The translations under genes were made by a program, and so were the position numbers. From assembly GCA_013044165.1 (NCBI GenBank), contig JABEVB010000225.1, forward strand, positions 11,854 through 75,853: a stretch of 64,000 bases of DNA. The letters run 5' to 3'. Below the pieces are notes generated by a model that made no database searches, had not been told where the DNA came from, and was given only the letters and a program-made list of their open reading frames with translations. This stretch comes from Phycisphaerales bacterium. GTDB lineage: Bacteria; Planctomycetota; Phycisphaerae; WQYP01. Of this stretch, positions 1-9,163 are shown piece by piece; the first letter of the stretch is position 1; the number at the start of each line of letters is the position of its first letter.

Positions 1-36
1 GTTGCTTATTCACCCAAACCCTCACTGGAGAGCATT

Positions 37-1044
37 ATGACTTTGTACCGATCGCTTTCCCTGCTGCTTGCTATCATCCCCACCTGCCTGGCCACGGTGG
101 CACACGCCGCCTTGCCCGTCATCAAACCCGGCGACCGCTGGTACGACAATCGCGGCCGATTGGTCCAGGCGCACGGTGGCTGCATTGTGTCCTGGCATGG
201 AGCATATTATCTTTTCGGCGAAGACCGCTCGCGCAACAATCCACCTCATCGTCGCTGCGTCGGCTGCTATCGCACCACCGACCTGGCTCACTGGACCTAC
301 TGCGGCCGCGCTGTGGTGCTGGCCAATCCGGATCCCGAAGTATTTCCTGGCCACTGGATTCTTGAAAGGCCCAAAGTCTTATACAATCATCTCACCCATA
401 CTTTTGTCATGTACACGCATATAGACTCCGGCCGCTACCAAGCCGCCCGCGTCGCCGTCCTCACCAGCAAAACCATTGTTGGCCCGTATCGGTTTATTCA
501 CAGCTTTCAGCCGCTGGGCCACCAAAGCCGCGATATCGGCGCTTACCAGGCCGCCAACGGCAAAGCTTATTTGCTCTTCGAAGATCGCCCCTTTGGCTTT
601 CGCATTGCCCAGCTCTCACGCGACTACCTGCGCGTCAAAAAACAGATATGCCTCATTCCCCAGCATCTCGAAGGCCTCGGCCTGGTCCATTACCACGGCC
701 TGTATTACGTCGTTGGATCGCACCTCACCGGCTGGAATCCCAACCGCGATGTATACGCCACCGCGAGTCATCTGGCCGGCCCATGGTCCCCGTTCCATAA
801 CATCGCTCCGCCTGATACCCGCACCTGGAATTCGCAGTCAGGCTTTCTGCTAAAAATTGTCGGCTCGCAACATACCGCCGTCATTTACCTTGGCGACCGC
901 TGGAACCCCAGAAATCTCTGGGACTCGCGATACATCTGGATGCCGCTAAAAATCGGCCAAGGTAAGCTTAAACTGCCCCACCCCGAGCCTTGGACCATCA
1001 ACACCATCACCGGTCAGGTGAAACTTCTACCAATCGCCCCCTGA
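37..1044 (+). CDS. secreted glycoside hydrolase, GH43-like five-bladed beta-propeller
   Basis: 335-aa ORF with GGAGAG just upstream of the ATG. N-terminal signal peptide (LLLAIIPTCLATVAHA). The stretch VQAHGGCIV..GAYYLFGEDR and repeated W/Y-rich blades resemble GH43 (exo-beta-1,3-galactanase-like) enzymes. Family assignment is from memory only. Confidence 0.6.
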   Translation: MTLYRSLSLLLAIIPTCLATVAHAALPVIKPGDRWYDNRGRLVQAHGGCIVSWHGAYYLFGEDRSRNNPPHRRCVGCYRTTDLAHWTYCGRAVVLANPDPEVFPGHWILERPKVLYNHLTHTFVMYTHIDSGRYQAARVAVLTSKTIVGPYRFIHSFQPLGHQSRDIGAYQAANGKAYLLFEDRPFGFRIAQLSRDYLRVKKQICLIPQHLEGLGLVHYHGLYYVVGSHLTGWNPNRDVYATASHLAGPWSPFHNIAPPDTRTWNSQSGFLLKIVGSQHTAVIYLGDRWNPRNLWDSRYIWMPLKIGQGKLKLPHPEPWTINTITGQVKLLPIAP

Positions 1045-1292
1045 CCCGTGCAGCGCCGCAGTTGAATCATTTCTCGGCAAACATTTATAATCGTGTCTTT
1101 TCTTAAAGAGTCAATTCAGCAAAAAGACGGCACATACACGAATGCTCGCATGAGAGTCTCCCCGGCTCGCGGCAAAGCCCTTTAAGCAATACGTCTTTCA
1201 TGCCGGGCCAGCGACGCCAAAGCGCGTTATAATTGCCTGTTTGTTGCCGACCGCATTGGCATGCAGTGCCATTGCGCCAACACGGAGTCACT

Positions 1293-2207
1293 ATGCCTGA
1301 AAGTGTCCTTACAACGCCGCAAGCGAAGCTCTTGGATGGCAAAGCCATTGCCGCACGCATCCGCCAGAACGTTGCCCTGGAGGTTAGCTCGCTTACCGCC
1401 GCAGGTAAGCCAATACAGTTGGTCACTGTGCTGGTGGGTAACTCCCCGGCGGCCCGCGTTTATGCCGGTAACCAGGCCAAAACCTGCCGCGAGCTGGGTA
1501 TTGGTTACTCTCTTCGCGAACTGCCGGAGGATATCAGCCAACAGCAGCTTAATGCCGTCCTTCAATGCCTCGCAGCCGACCACAACGTTACGGGCATCAT
1601 GGTGCAACTGCCGCTGCCGCCCCACCTCAACACACAAGAAACCCAGTATGGCATTGATGTCATTAAAGATGTCGAAGGCGTCAACCCCGCCAACATCGGC
1701 CATGTTGTTTATGGCCATTCTATTATTGCCCCCTGCACCGCCGCCGCCGTGGTTGAAATGATTGCCAGCACAGGCATCTCGCTGACCGGCAAGGAGGTGG
1801 TGGTCGTTGGCGCCAGCCGCATTGCCGGCAAGCCTACCGCCCTGCTGCTGACCGAAATGCAGGCAACCGTTACGCTGTGCCACATTCATACGCGCGACCT
1901 GCCAAGCCACAGCCGCAACGCCGATATTGTGGTGGTGGCTGTGGGCAAGCCGGGCCTTATCACCGGCCAGCACATTAAGCCGGGTGCCATGGTCATAGAT
2001 GTTGGCATCAACCGCATTCAAGTTCCCGGTCCCGATGGCCGCATGATACATCGCACCGTTGGCGATGTAGATTTTGCCTCCGTATCGCCGCTGGCGGGTT
2101 GGCTTTCACCCGTGCCCGGTGGCGTTGGGCCGGTTACCGTTGCCATGCTCCTGCGAAACACCGTGCGAGCCGCAAAACTCGTTCATGGCATCGAGAAGCC
2201 GTTTTAA
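1293..2207 (+). CDS. folD: bifunctional methylenetetrahydrofolate dehydrogenase / methenyl-THF cyclohydrolase
   Basis: LLDGKAIA...VLVGNSPAARVY, GIMVQLPLPPHL and VVVVGASRIAGKP are classic FolD motifs. Start moved from 1233 to the ATG at 1293, which is preceded by GGAG. Confidence 0.93.
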   Translation: MPESVLTTPQAKLLDGKAIAARIRQNVALEVSSLTAAGKPIQLVTVLVGNSPAARVYAGNQAKTCRELGIGYSLRELPEDISQQQLNAVLQCLAADHNVTGIMVQLPLPPHLNTQETQYGIDVIKDVEGVNPANIGHVVYGHSIIAPCTAAAVVEMIASTGISLTGKEVVVVGASRIAGKPTALLLTEMQATVTLCHIHTRDLPSHSRNADIVVVAVGKPGLITGQHIKPGAMVIDVGINRIQVPGPDGRMIHRTVGDVDFASVSPLAGWLSPVPGGVGPVTVAMLLRNTVRAAKLVHGIEKPF

Positions 2208-2259
2208 ATACCCTGCCAGGCAATAACGCCCTAAAGCCAAAACAGGACCCGCGCAGCCT

Positions 2260-3075
2260 ATGCCCACGCCAACCTCCAACCCCACACCGGCCGTCATCGC
2301 CATGAATGCCGTCGGCTTCGATCGCGGCGCCAGCCGCATTTTAGATAATGTCAATTGGCATATCGCGCCTGGGCAATGCGCGGCAATCCTAGGGCCTAAT
2401 GGCTGCGGTAAATCAACCATGCTTCGCCTGGCGGCAGGTTATGTGTGGCCATCGCACGGCACCATTGACTTGTTCGGCCATCGGCTCGGCGAATATCCAT
2501 TGGCCGAACTGCGGCAGAGGCTCTCACTCGTTGAAGCAGTCAGCATTTATCCGTTCGATAAAAGCATCACCGCCCGCGATGTAGTATGCACCGGTTTTTT
2601 TGGCTCGCTTACCATAGCCTATGCCCACCCTACACCGGAGCAGCTTGCCCAAACCGATGCCGCCCTGACCACAGCCGGCCTGCAGGCTCTGGCCAACCGT
2701 CGCTACCTCACGCTCTCTACCGGCGAGCGCATGCGCGTACTGCTGGCGCGAGCCGTGGTTCACTCGCCCGAGTTGCTGCTGCTCGACGAGCCAACCTCCG
2801 GCCTCGACGTACCCGCTCGCGAACGCCTGCTGACCGCACTCGACGCTTTGCATCGCCAGGCCAATCCACCGGCCATGGTGATGGTAACACATCACCTCGA
2901 AGACCTGCCCCCGGCCACTAGCCACATTCTCCTGCTCGGCCACGACGGCGGCACTGTCGCCCAAGGCCCGCCGGCAGCCGTTCTAACTCATGAACACTTA
3001 ACCAAAGCTTATCAATGGCCTATGGAACCAATGTTTACCGGTTCACGCTATGGCATCAAACTGGCCGCGCCATAG
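2260..3075 (+). CDS. ABC transporter ATP-binding protein (orphan; no adjacent permease)
   Basis: Walker A GPNGCGKST, signature LSTGERMRV, Walker B LLLLDEPTSGLD, H-loop VTHH. Confidence 0.85.
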   Translation: MPTPTSNPTPAVIAMNAVGFDRGASRILDNVNWHIAPGQCAAILGPNGCGKSTMLRLAAGYVWPSHGTIDLFGHRLGEYPLAELRQRLSLVEAVSIYPFDKSITARDVVCTGFFGSLTIAYAHPTPEQLAQTDAALTTAGLQALANRRYLTLSTGERMRVLLARAVVHSPELLLLDEPTSGLDVPARERLLTALDALHRQANPPAMVMVTHHLEDLPPATSHILLLGHDGGTVAQGPPAAVLTHEHLTKAYQWPMEPMFTGSRYGIKLAAP

Positions 3076-3144
3076 CCGCGCACAAATCAGCGACGTGTGT
3101 TATTATTTTTTCAGGAACCGCCAAGCACCGCAAAGGAAGTACCC

Positions 3145-4134
3145 ATGACAGATAAAATTGAAAAAGCCGTCATCATTGGCTCCGGCCCCGCCGGCTGGAC
3201 CGCCGCCATTTACGCCGCCCGCGCCAACCTTCAACCGCTCGTGCTCGCCGGCGACGGCCTCAACCGCGACCGCATGCCCGGCGGCCAACTCATGCTCACC
3301 ACCGAAATCGAAAACTATCCGGGCTTCGAGCATGGCATCGGCGGCCAAAAAATGATGGCCATCATGCAGCAGCAGGCCGAGCATTTCGGCACACGCGTGG
3401 TGAATGGTTTTGTCACCCGCATAAACGTCAAAACCCGGCCCTTCACCGTGTGGTGGGTCAACGAGCTCAATGGCGATCCTGAAACCGAAGTCAAAACCCA
3501 CACCATTCTGGTATGCACCGGCGCTCGGGCCAATTATCTGGGCATCGAGAGTGAACAGCAGTTTGAAAACAACGGCGTTTCGGCATGTGCCGTCTGCGAT
3601 GGCGCTCTGCCCCGATTTCGCAATCAACCGCTGGTGGTTGTCGGCGGTGGCGATACGGCCGTTGAAGAAGCGACCTACCTCTCCAAGTTTGCCACGCAGG
3701 TGTATCTCGTTCATCGGCGCGACACGCTTCGCGCAAGCAAAATCATGGCCGACCGCGCTTTAAGCAATCCAAAAATAAAGCCCGTTTGGGACAGCGTTGT
3801 CGAAGAGGTGCTCGGCACCGAAGCCGAAGGCGTTACAGGCGTGCGGGTGCGTAACATCAAAACGCAGACCCAAAGCACCATCGCCTGCCGGGGCATGTTT
3901 GCCGCCATCGGTCACACGCCCAATACAGCCTTCTTAGAAGGTCAAATTGAATTAAACGACAAAAAATATGTCGTCCTGAAGGACGGCTTCCGCTCGGTTA
4001 CAAGCGAGCCGGGCGTCTTTGTCGGAGGCGATTGTGCCGACTCCGTGTATCGCCAGGCGGTAACCGCCGCCGGCATGGGCTGCAAAGCCGCTCTCGATGC
4101 CGAGCGGTGGCTGGCCGAGCAAGGCGTACACTAA
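3145..4134 (+). CDS. trxB: thioredoxin-disulfide reductase
   Basis: FAD site GSGPAGWTAAIYAAR, redox-active CAVCDG, NADPH site GGGDTAVEEA...HRRD. Start moved to the ATG at 3145 after AAGGAAG. Confidence 0.92.
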   Translation: MTDKIEKAVIIGSGPAGWTAAIYAARANLQPLVLAGDGLNRDRMPGGQLMLTTEIENYPGFEHGIGGQKMMAIMQQQAEHFGTRVVNGFVTRINVKTRPFTVWWVNELNGDPETEVKTHTILVCTGARANYLGIESEQQFENNGVSACAVCDGALPRFRNQPLVVVGGGDTAVEEATYLSKFATQVYLVHRRDTLRASKIMADRALSNPKIKPVWDSVVEEVLGTEAEGVTGVRVRNIKTQTQSTIACRGMFAAIGHTPNTAFLEGQIELNDKKYVVLKDGFRSVTSEPGVFVGGDCADSVYRQAVTAAGMGCKAALDAERWLAEQGVH

Positions 4135-4171
4135 CCAACATCACCGTTGACACATACTCTCTGGATTGCCC

Positions 4172-4930
4172 ATGGAAGATGCACCCGCCCCGAAGCTTGC
4201 CGTTCGCGCCAGCGCCGACGTTCCATTTTCTATCATGTATGAGGACGAACATCTGCTCGTGGTTAATAAACCGGCAGGCGTTGTAACGCAGCCCGGAAAG
4301 GGCCACAGCATAGACTCGCTGCTTAATGGCCTGTTCTTCAAGTATGGCAAATGGCTGCACAACCTGGGAGTTGGCCGCGATTTTGGCCTGCTGCACCGGC
4401 TCGATCGCGATACCAGTGGCCTGCTGCTCGTAGCGCTCAAGCCCGGCGCTTACGACCAGCTTCGCCGCGATTTTGAAGAGCGCAAACTTGAAAAGTACTA
4501 TCTCGCCCTCGTCGCCGGCCGGCCCAAACCCGCCCAAGGGGTGGTTCAGGCACGACTCAAAGAAACCATCACCGACGTAAAAAAGGTAATCGTCTCGCGC
4601 GGCGGCCGTGAGGCGATTTCAGCGTATCATACCTTGCAAACCGCTCTCTCCGGCAAGGCTTCGCTCATGCGGGTCAACATCAAAACAGGTCGTCTGCATC
4701 AAATTCGCGCCCACATGCTTTTTTTGGGCACACCCGTTCTGGGCGATAATCTCTACACCCTGCCCGCAGCCGCGGCGCTGCCAAAACCACCTCGGCTCTG
4801 CCTTCATGCGGCGCACCTTGGGTTTAAGCACCCGGTCTTGAACAAATGGATGAATATAGATTCACCTTTCCCCCCGGACCTCGCAAGCTACGCCCGAAAG
4901 CTCGGGCTTAACTCCGCCGCCCCGGCATAA
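4172..4930 (+). CDS. RluA-family pseudouridine synthase (no S4 domain)
   Basis: VVNKPAG, catalytic HRLDRDTSGLLLVA, GRLHQIRAH. First ATG is at 4172; position 4166 is a TTG. Confidence 0.85.
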   Translation: MEDAPAPKLAVRASADVPFSIMYEDEHLLVVNKPAGVVTQPGKGHSIDSLLNGLFFKYGKWLHNLGVGRDFGLLHRLDRDTSGLLLVALKPGAYDQLRRDFEERKLEKYYLALVAGRPKPAQGVVQARLKETITDVKKVIVSRGGREAISAYHTLQTALSGKASLMRVNIKTGRLHQIRAHMLFLGTPVLGDNLYTLPAAAALPKPPRLCLHAAHLGFKHPVLNKWMNIDSPFPPDLASYARKLGLNSAAPA

Positions 4931-4935
4931 GGCAC

Positions 4936-5259
4936 TCAACCCGGCTTGTCCCATTGCCACTCCACATGCGGAGCTTTGCTCATCGCCTTCGCCGCCTGAT
5001 GAAGACATTCCTGGCACACCAACGTTTGCGGCCGGGCCGCATGGCTCCATCGTGGCATCGCCGGTGGAATGTTAAACCGCAGGCAAAGCGTACATTTATA
5101 TTTTCCTTCGCCGGGCGCGGCGTCCGCCAGCGCCTTTTTCAGGCACTCCAGACAAATCACCGAGCCGTGATGCCCCTCCACCATTGCGGCTTCACCGTCC
5201 CAATCCATCCCACAGAAATCGCAGGATATCACCACGCCATCCGGCTCTTCACGTTGCAT
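4936..5259 (-). CDS. small protein with two tandem ClpX-type C4 zinc-finger-like modules
   Basis: CDFCG-x19-CLEC and CTLC-x22-CQEC. The first module resembles the ClpX N-terminal zinc-binding domain (CxFCG...v.G....IC.eC). GAGGT lies about 10 nt upstream of the ATG. Confidence 0.5.
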   Translation of the reverse strand: MQREEPDGVVISCDFCGMDWDGEAAMVEGHHGSVICLECLKKALADAAPGEGKYKCTLCLRFNIPPAMPRWSHAARPQTLVCQECLHQAAKAMSKAPHVEWQWDKPG

Positions 5260-5349
5260 ACAAACCTCGTATCAGTGCCCCATATTGCTTAAGGGCCAAG
5301 TCATACATCCCCGTCGCTACAACCCCCGAACTTGCTCGATATTGTAATG

Positions 5350-5757
5350 CTAATCATCGCAGACATGCGTTTGGCTGTTCGTTTGGGCAACCAGAAATTT
5401 GCACAACGGTGGCTGCCCGGCAGCGGCAATATCCGCTTCGCCATCCAGCGACGTACTAAAGCTCTCAAGCTGAACGTAGCGCCCATCCTCGGCAATAAAT
5501 GCCAATGGTACCGTCTCCGCTTCATCATTAAAAAGCTGCAGCGACCATGGCTGCACCGCCCCTGGCAGTTTCGGCGGCCTTGGCTCAGCCGTGGCAATCA
5601 GTACCGAGCCGTCTGGTAAAACTCCAACATGCTCCACTCCTGTAACCTTCATGGTGCGATCCACCAGTTCTGTATCTGGCGCGATCTTCCAGATGTAGCC
5701 CGATATGTACGACCGACTCAGCATGAGCGGCACCGAATCAATGTACTTGCTTGGCAA
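5350..5757 (-). CDS. hypothetical protein
   Basis: 135-codon ORF starting at a TTG with AAGGAT about 11 nt upstream; an alternative ATG is at 5724. No recognisable motif. Lies 90 nt upstream of the zinc-finger gene on the same strand. Confidence 0.35.
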   Translation of the reverse strand: MPSKYIDSVPLMLSRSYISGYIWKIAPDTELVDRTMKVTGVEHVGVLPDGSVLIATAEPRPPKLPGAVQPWSLQLFNDEAETVPLAFIAEDGRYVQLESFSTSLDGEADIAAAGQPPLCKFLVAQTNSQTHVCDD

Positions 5758-6021
5758 AATTAAATATCCTTATTCCAGCGTTTATTTAATGACATCATAC
5801 GGAGTTTTACATGTCTGAACCAGCAATTATAAAGATGGTGTTTTTTGCGAGCCGGACGTAAAATAAAAATTGGTTGCCTGCGAGCCATCATTTGTCATCA
5901 GCTAAGCAGGGGTTGTTCGACCGGTTGCGGCATCGAGCCTGATTGTACTTCACAAAACCATGGAGTAATAACAGCCGTCACTATGTTCTTCTTTTGAACC
6001 GCACCAATGGAGATGATTTAG

Positions 6022-7152
6022 ATGAATTGCTATAAACTCATACGAGGGCAACTCGATCTTGCGCAGATAACACGACGAGAGTCGTTAAAACTGCTTGGGG
6101 GTTCGCTTGCTATGCTCGGGCCAGCGGGTGAACTATTGGGCGATTCCAACGCTCGCGGCAGTCAACTCAAGTCCGAGCCAAACAGCAAGGCATCGCTTGA
6201 CGGCGCCATAAGCCCTTTCAGCACCGGCCAGGGCTGTACGACATTTACCTACCGCATGGCCTTAAAGCCCGAGCGGAACGTTACCAGGCGAGATCCATCG
6301 GATATCATCAGGTACAGGGGCGAGTATTACGTTTGGTATACCAAAGTGGTCAAATCTCCCGGCCACGAGGAAAATGCCGGTTATGCCGGAGATGTATGGT
6401 ATGCAACCTCCAAGGACGGGTTGCACTTTACTGAGCGTGGCCTGGCGCTTGGGCGTGGTGGCCGAGGTTGTTGGGATGAACACGGGGTCTTTACACCCAA
6501 CATTCTCGTATGGCGGGAGCGCTTTTATCTATCGTACACCGGCGTTCCCAGCCCCTACTCGGACCAAACGCGCACCGCTATTGGAATGGCCTCAGCGAGT
6601 TCGCCGGCAGGGCCGTGGCACAAACACCCGACCAATCCCATACTCCAGCCGCAAGCTGACCATCCAGCCGCATTCGATTCCATGCGCATTGACGACTCCG
6701 CCTTTGTGGTTCGCGGTGACGATATCATGCTTTATTACAAAGGGCGATGTGTGCTCGATGGCCGTGCCGGCCCGGCGCACACACATATGGGTGTGGCTAT
6801 TGCGAAGACACCATCAGGCCCGTTTATAAAAAGTCAGGCCAATCCGCTCGTGCGGGGGCACGAAGTCCTGGTATGGCCTCAAGAGCATGGCGTGGGCACA
6901 ATGGTAACCAACATGGGGCCGCGCTTGATTTATGTTGCGCCCGACGGACTGCACTTTAAGCCTCACAACCCTGTTGCCGGAGCTCCCGCAGCGCCGGGAC
7001 TGTATCGGGCTGACAATTTTCGTCCCAATCTCAACGCCAAGGTTCCGCGTTGGGGCTTATCTATGGGGCGCCACGCCGACGACATATACTTGTTACGGTT
7101 TGACATTCATTACCACAACCAGCCAACGGTTCGCCGCAGCCGTTCCGGATAG
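6022..7152 (+). CDS. Tat-signal glycoside hydrolase, five-bladed beta-propeller (GH43/GH117-like)
   Basis: Twin-arginine leader TRRESLKLLGGSLAMLG. Propeller-type repeats YRGEYYVWYT, WYATSKDGLHF, GVFTPNILVW..FYLSYTG, MLYYKG. GGAGA lies upstream of the ATG. Confidence 0.5.
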   Translation: MNCYKLIRGQLDLAQITRRESLKLLGGSLAMLGPAGELLGDSNARGSQLKSEPNSKASLDGAISPFSTGQGCTTFTYRMALKPERNVTRRDPSDIIRYRGEYYVWYTKVVKSPGHEENAGYAGDVWYATSKDGLHFTERGLALGRGGRGCWDEHGVFTPNILVWRERFYLSYTGVPSPYSDQTRTAIGMASASSPAGPWHKHPTNPILQPQADHPAAFDSMRIDDSAFVVRGDDIMLYYKGRCVLDGRAGPAHTHMGVAIAKTPSGPFIKSQANPLVRGHEVLVWPQEHGVGTMVTNMGPRLIYVAPDGLHFKPHNPVAGAPAAPGLYRADNFRPNLNAKVPRWGLSMGRHADDIYLLRFDIHYHNQPTVRRSRSG

Positions 7153-7261
7153 CGGACCTCTGCTCGAATGCGGCAAAGTGCGCGACCGGCTCTGACCCTA
7201 TTGCACCACAGCCCCATGAGGCATACCACATCGCAAGCTTGTCGAGGCTGGTGTTGCCGGG

Positions 7262-8725
7262 CTATCCCAGCACGGTCACTTCCATGCCAAGGTGCTCGCA
7301 TGCCGCGGTAAGCGATGCAACGTGGTCACCAAATATGCCATGAATATGGTTCGACACATAATGCTGTCCAATGGCTTCCGGCGGGCACTTGAATCGCACG
7401 TACATGTGCGGCCAGGTATAGGTCGTCTTATGAGCAAGACCTTCCATGACATCGAGACCCAGGTCCGGCAGGCTGGCCCGCACCAGGTGCATCTGGAACG
7501 CCCCTTTCTTGCGGGTAATGCGGCCCAGCGTAATTAGCTCGGCCGGGTCCGAATAAAACTGCACGCTCGCGCCGCCCGCCTTGAAGTAAAAGTCCATCGC
7601 GGGGTACAGCGTTACCGCCTCCCAGTTTTTGCGGTAGTCTTTGCTGCGCCGGCTGAACCATGGGGCATGCTGCCCGGAGTTTACCAGGTCGTACACATCA
7701 TGATCGGCAAAGTAGTGACGCATGTCGGCAAACAGCACCGGCGTGCCGCTGATCAGGTGCATAAGCTGCATGGTCAGGGCGCCGTTGCTGTCGCATTCTG
7801 TCGCACAGATAAGCGGCTTTTTATGCGGCTCTTCCCAGTCGGCATTGTCGTTAAGCAGCGCCTCGGGCACATCCATAATGCACATGTGCGCTTGCTCGGT
7901 CATGTCGAGCTGGCCCGTAAGGCCGCAGAAGTCAATGCCTTCATCGCGGCAGAAATCCTTGAGGGCCAGGTACAAACGCACCTGCCGGGCCAGCGTGCCA
8001 TTGGGGCCACGCGTAAGCCGCTTACCGTCCCATTTTATTTTGCCGCAGGACTTTTCAAGCCAATCGAGGCCGGCTTGTACACGCTGGCGTTCTATCTGCT
8101 GGGCAAGCTCCCAAAACCAAAGCTGTCCGCGATGGTACACATGCACGCCCAACTGGCTCATCCATTGGCTTTCATCCACATGGCCTGTGTACATGCCCAT
8201 GGAGGGGCCGTCAAAACGACCATAGCGCATGCCATGAAGCTTCTTGGCAGCCGCAATGCCCGCCTTGCGCTGTGCCGGTTTCGAATCGTTAAGCCAGCCA
8301 TCAAATGCCGCAACCACCGCCGGATCGGACAAATCACCAAGCGCCCGCGCAAAAGGCCGACCAATTTCAGTCATGCTGCCGGCGCTGGCAAAGTACGCCA
8401 CCCAGCCAGGATAAGACGGGTTAAGCACGCCATACATCATAATGCTGATGTCCGAGCTGAAACGGATGGCAGCCTGGGCTGTCAGGTCCGGATAGCTCCA
8501 GATGGCAAAGTTAAATACCACCGCTTCAACGCCGGCCTTATTGAGCCGCTGGCACTGGCTTTGTACTGTGGCATGATTCCAAACCACCTCATTGCCGGCA
8601 ACAACTGTATGCCCTTTGGCCTGCAGAAAATCCTTCAATGCGTTTTGAAAGCGCATGCAGTCGGGAGTAGAAGCTTCAGTTACGCGCTTGCGACCATCGC
8701 CAAAAGTGAGAATACCAATTTTCAT
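7262..8725 (-). CDS. L-fucose isomerase family sugar isomerase
   Basis: MKIGILTFGDGR N-terminus and overall FucI/AraA-family pattern. Start moved from 8992 to the ATG at 8725, which follows AAGGA. The extension in the ORF track has no homology-like content. Confidence 0.7.
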   Translation of the reverse strand: MKIGILTFGDGRKRVTEASTPDCMRFQNALKDFLQAKGHTVVAGNEVVWNHATVQSQCQRLNKAGVEAVVFNFAIWSYPDLTAQAAIRFSSDISIMMYGVLNPSYPGWVAYFASAGSMTEIGRPFARALGDLSDPAVVAAFDGWLNDSKPAQRKAGIAAAKKLHGMRYGRFDGPSMGMYTGHVDESQWMSQLGVHVYHRGQLWFWELAQQIERQRVQAGLDWLEKSCGKIKWDGKRLTRGPNGTLARQVRLYLALKDFCRDEGIDFCGLTGQLDMTEQAHMCIMDVPEALLNDNADWEEPHKKPLICATECDSNGALTMQLMHLISGTPVLFADMRHYFADHDVYDLVNSGQHAPWFSRRSKDYRKNWEAVTLYPAMDFYFKAGGASVQFYSDPAELITLGRITRKKGAFQMHLVRASLPDLGLDVMEGLAHKTTYTWPHMYVRFKCPPEAIGQHYVSNHIHGIFGDHVASLTAACEHLGMEVTVLG

Positions 8726-8856
8726 GGAGGATCCTTTAACAGAAACATTTCCCTCTGCGACACGAGCGCGCACCAACATCGGCTCACTGCGTTGCGCAGA
8801 AATACCTACATGATCCCCCAAAGCCTCAATCATACGGAACAACGCAAATTGTGCAA

Positions 8857-8876
8857 TGCCATCGCGTGCGATGGCA
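8857..8876. promoter_or_regulatory. 20-bp near-perfect palindrome TGCCATCGC-GT-GCGATGGCA upstream of the fucose-isomerase-family gene
   Basis: Read directly: 9-bp arms are exact reverse complements. Lies about 130 bp upstream of the ATG at 8725 in the divergent intergenic region. Confidence 0.3.
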
Positions 8877-9065
8877 AAATCCGCTGCCGCAACGCATGCT
8901 GCGAAGCCCGAAACGTCGCGGCCAGACTCTGCGCACGGTGCTCGCTTCCTTCCGCTGACTGCCGCCCAAGCACCCAACCCTGCGGCAGCCATGTCGGTTC
9001 AATTACCATAAGGGGCATCCCCCATGTGCGATATTGCGCCTGCAGCGACGAAACTTTTCCACCAC

Positions 9066-9109
9066 TTGACAACAGGATAGATACCTAACAAAATGCTAAC
9101 GATTTAGCA
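9066..9109 (+). promoter_or_regulatory. candidate sigma70-type promoter (TTGACA-17-CAAAAT) overlapped by the 16-bp palindrome TGCTAA-CGAT-TTAGCA
   Basis: TTGACA at 9066-9071, CAAAAT at 9089-9094, perfect inverted repeat at 9094-9109. About 55 nt upstream of the imuA-like ATG. Confidence 0.3.
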
Positions 9110-9163
9110 CAGATGCAGCCAAGCTATTGCGGAACCAAGGCTCTTAAAACAATACGGTGACAC

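Noticed and set aside
1045-1292. Possible ZTP (pfl) or THF riboswitch upstream of folD.
   Set aside because: The conserved ZTP 3' element (CCGCCUGGGC-like) and pseudoknot partner are absent. Only two TATAAT-like hexamers are present (about 1087 and 1229), neither with a convincing -35 element.
1227-2051. 274-aa minus-strand ORF. Similar long antisense ORFs occur at 3103-3714, 14014-14595, 15144-15755, 29617-30477, 30978-31823, 33631-34188, 40395-41267, 49321-50085 and 52699-53382.
   Set aside because: All are mirror-frame ORFs inside genes with strong homology-type motifs (folD, trxB, ddl, murB, murG, ftsI, ABC permease and others). None has an SD-like sequence or a recognisable domain.
2260-3075. 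Orphan ABC ATPase with no permease neighbour, considered as a possible non-transport ABC system.
   Set aside because: It is a single-cassette ATPase with ordinary Walker and signature motifs sitting among housekeeping genes. Stand-alone ATPase genes whose permeases are encoded elsewhere are common, so nothing in the sequence marks it as unusual.
8726-8992. N-terminal extensions in the ORF track. Examples: fucose isomerase to 8992, PEP-CTERM protein to 20488, folD from 1233, trxB from 3097, ddl to 30804, greA to 56526, TPR-YggX to 57251, ABC ATPase to 51212.
   Set aside because: In each case an internal ATG coincides with the family's canonical N-terminus or signal peptide and is preceded by an AGGAG/GGAG/AAGGA-type SD. 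The extension is low-complexity and unsupported by any motif.
7667-9088. 473-aa plus-strand ORF, the longest of the unexplained ORFs in the track.
   Set aside because: It lies entirely antisense to the fucose-isomerase-family gene and its upstream region. Its composition is R/H/A/K-rich with no motifs. Stop-free antisense frames are expected in GC-rich DNA, and the sense-strand gene has clear family features and an SD.
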